Positions 62,876 through 64,000 of a DNA stretch of 64,000 nucleotides are shown in pieces. Position numbers and translations under genes: made by a program. The stretch spans positions 2,575,361 to 2,639,360 of the forward strand of contig CM074805.1 of NCBI GenBank assembly GCA_037447605.1, given 5' to 3'. The DNA is from Zygnema circumcarinatum SAG 698-1b (lineage: Eukaryota; Plantae; Zygnematophyceae). The stretch's first letter is position 1, and every line of letters starts with the position of its first letter. The notes below the pieces were generated by a model. It made no database searches, was not told the origin of the DNA, and was given only the letters and a program-made list of their open reading frames with translations.

Positions 62876-63692
62876 GAGAATGATACTGCACCCCCCCCAA
62901 TATGGATATCCCACCCCCTTTCTGAAAACTTTGCCCTCCCATTTTGGTGATCCCGCACCCTTGTTTTGGATGTTTCACCCCTATTTTGGATATCCTACCC
63001 CCTTGTTTTCTCGATTTCACTACTGACTTCCAACATTGTGCAACGAAAGAAAAGGGGATTTGCATTGATCTCACGATGGTGAGGCCATCAAATGACCATG
63101 ACATGGGGAACCACGAGAAACTGGTTGCAAAGGACCTAAGCACAAAATAAAAAAACTAAGTGCAAAAACCTTAAAAAGAAACTAAACGAAACAACCCAAA
63201 TTTCCTTCTTTTTGGAAAACGTCGCCTTGATCTTGAAAGGGCAATTTTTCAAGCTGCTGGAGGTATGCCTCTTCTTGCTACTCTCTTCCTGACCTCTATT
63301 CCCGTAGGTCCCCCCGCTGAAGCATTGCAGGTGGAGTCGCCGGCTGTCGCTATGCCTGCCGATCTTGATGTCAACTCCTTCGTGCCTGTAGTGCTCGGTG
63401 ATGACTTGTACGAGCTCATCGCGGGTCTCATACTCAGTTGGTAGCATTTTTGTGGACATTGCAAACCGAGAAGAGGAGAGAAGAGGAGGGGAGGGTAGGG
63501 GAGGGGAGGGGGGGAGGGGAGGGGAGGGTAGGGGATATCTCCTCTCGAAATATCCAAAACAGGGGGGGGGGATATCCAAAATAGGGGGTGGAATATCCAA
63601 AATAAGGGGCGGGATAACCACAATGGAGGGCAAATTTTTCAAAAAGGGGGGTGTGGTATCCAAAATGGGGGGGGGGGTGCAGTATCATTCTC
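62876..63692 (-). mobile_element. Non-autonomous Mutator-like element (MULE), 817 bp, long TIRs, 9-bp TSD
   Basis: Ends GAGAATGATACTGCACCCCC... and ...GGGGGTGCAGTATCATTCTC. TIR similarity extends about 135 bp. Identical flanking CGGTCTAAT at 62867-62875 and 63693-63701. Confidence 0.95.
63190..63459 (-). pseudogene. Truncated MULE transposase N-terminus (FAR1/WRKY-GCM1-type Zn DNA-binding domain)
   Basis: MSTKMLPTEYETRDELVQVITEHYRHEGVDIKIG...LQCFSGG...SSLKNCPFKIKATF...EIW fits the FAR1-type pattern. No DDE catalytic domain fits inside the element. Confidence 0.7.
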
Positions 63693-64000
63693 CGGTCTAA
63701 TAGGGGGTGTCAGACTTAAAAAATTCTCGTAATACTAAAAATTCGATATTCGTAACATTTCGAGTCAACGTCAGTAAAACTAAAATTCTCGAGCGTAGTT
63801 TTTCGCACTCGCTAAGCATGGGTCCTCGCTCGCGACCGCTGACGCCGCCTTCGCGATCTTCTCCAAACGCCGTTCGCGAATCCTCGCCTCGCTGCTAGGC
63901 CCCTCGTGACTTTCAACCGCCACGGCTGCTGGAGACCGCTATCGTTGTAGTCGTTGCTGTCACGGGCGGATATGGCGCGCCTGCGAAGCCTGAAAACAAC

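Overview
Eukaryotic nuclear DNA from a green plant (streptophyte): intron-rich genes, GT/GC-AG splicing, an RLK/Pelle kinase, a plant PLA-I, a PL4 lyase and TTTAGGG-type repeats. The exact lineage cannot be fixed from the sequence alone. Gene models were built by hand by joining motif-bearing exons at splice sites and checking codon phase. Genes found: a kinase on the minus strand whose N-terminus is a four-TM, DUF1218/VCC-like domain (12 phase-consistent exons, runs off the left edge; the most unusual object here); ABC1K1; TANGO2; a long type II membrane gene ending in a GT61-like glycosyltransferase domain with a broken frame; patatin phospholipase A-I; rhamnogalacturonan lyase; an orphan S/P-rich gene; RPL4; a GDPD; and a hydrophobic-leader/Cys-His/C2-domain gene. 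Non-genic features: an 817-bp Mutator-like element with about 135-bp TIRs and a perfect 9-bp TSD, two intronic fragments of the same family, a degenerate telomeric array with a 55-bp higher-order unit, an alternating-orientation CCATTG array, several perfect palindromes, and GC-rich intergenic islands with clustered CACGTG and CCGTAC motifs. No rRNA, tRNA or CRISPR array was seen. Family names rest on recalled motifs, not on database searches.
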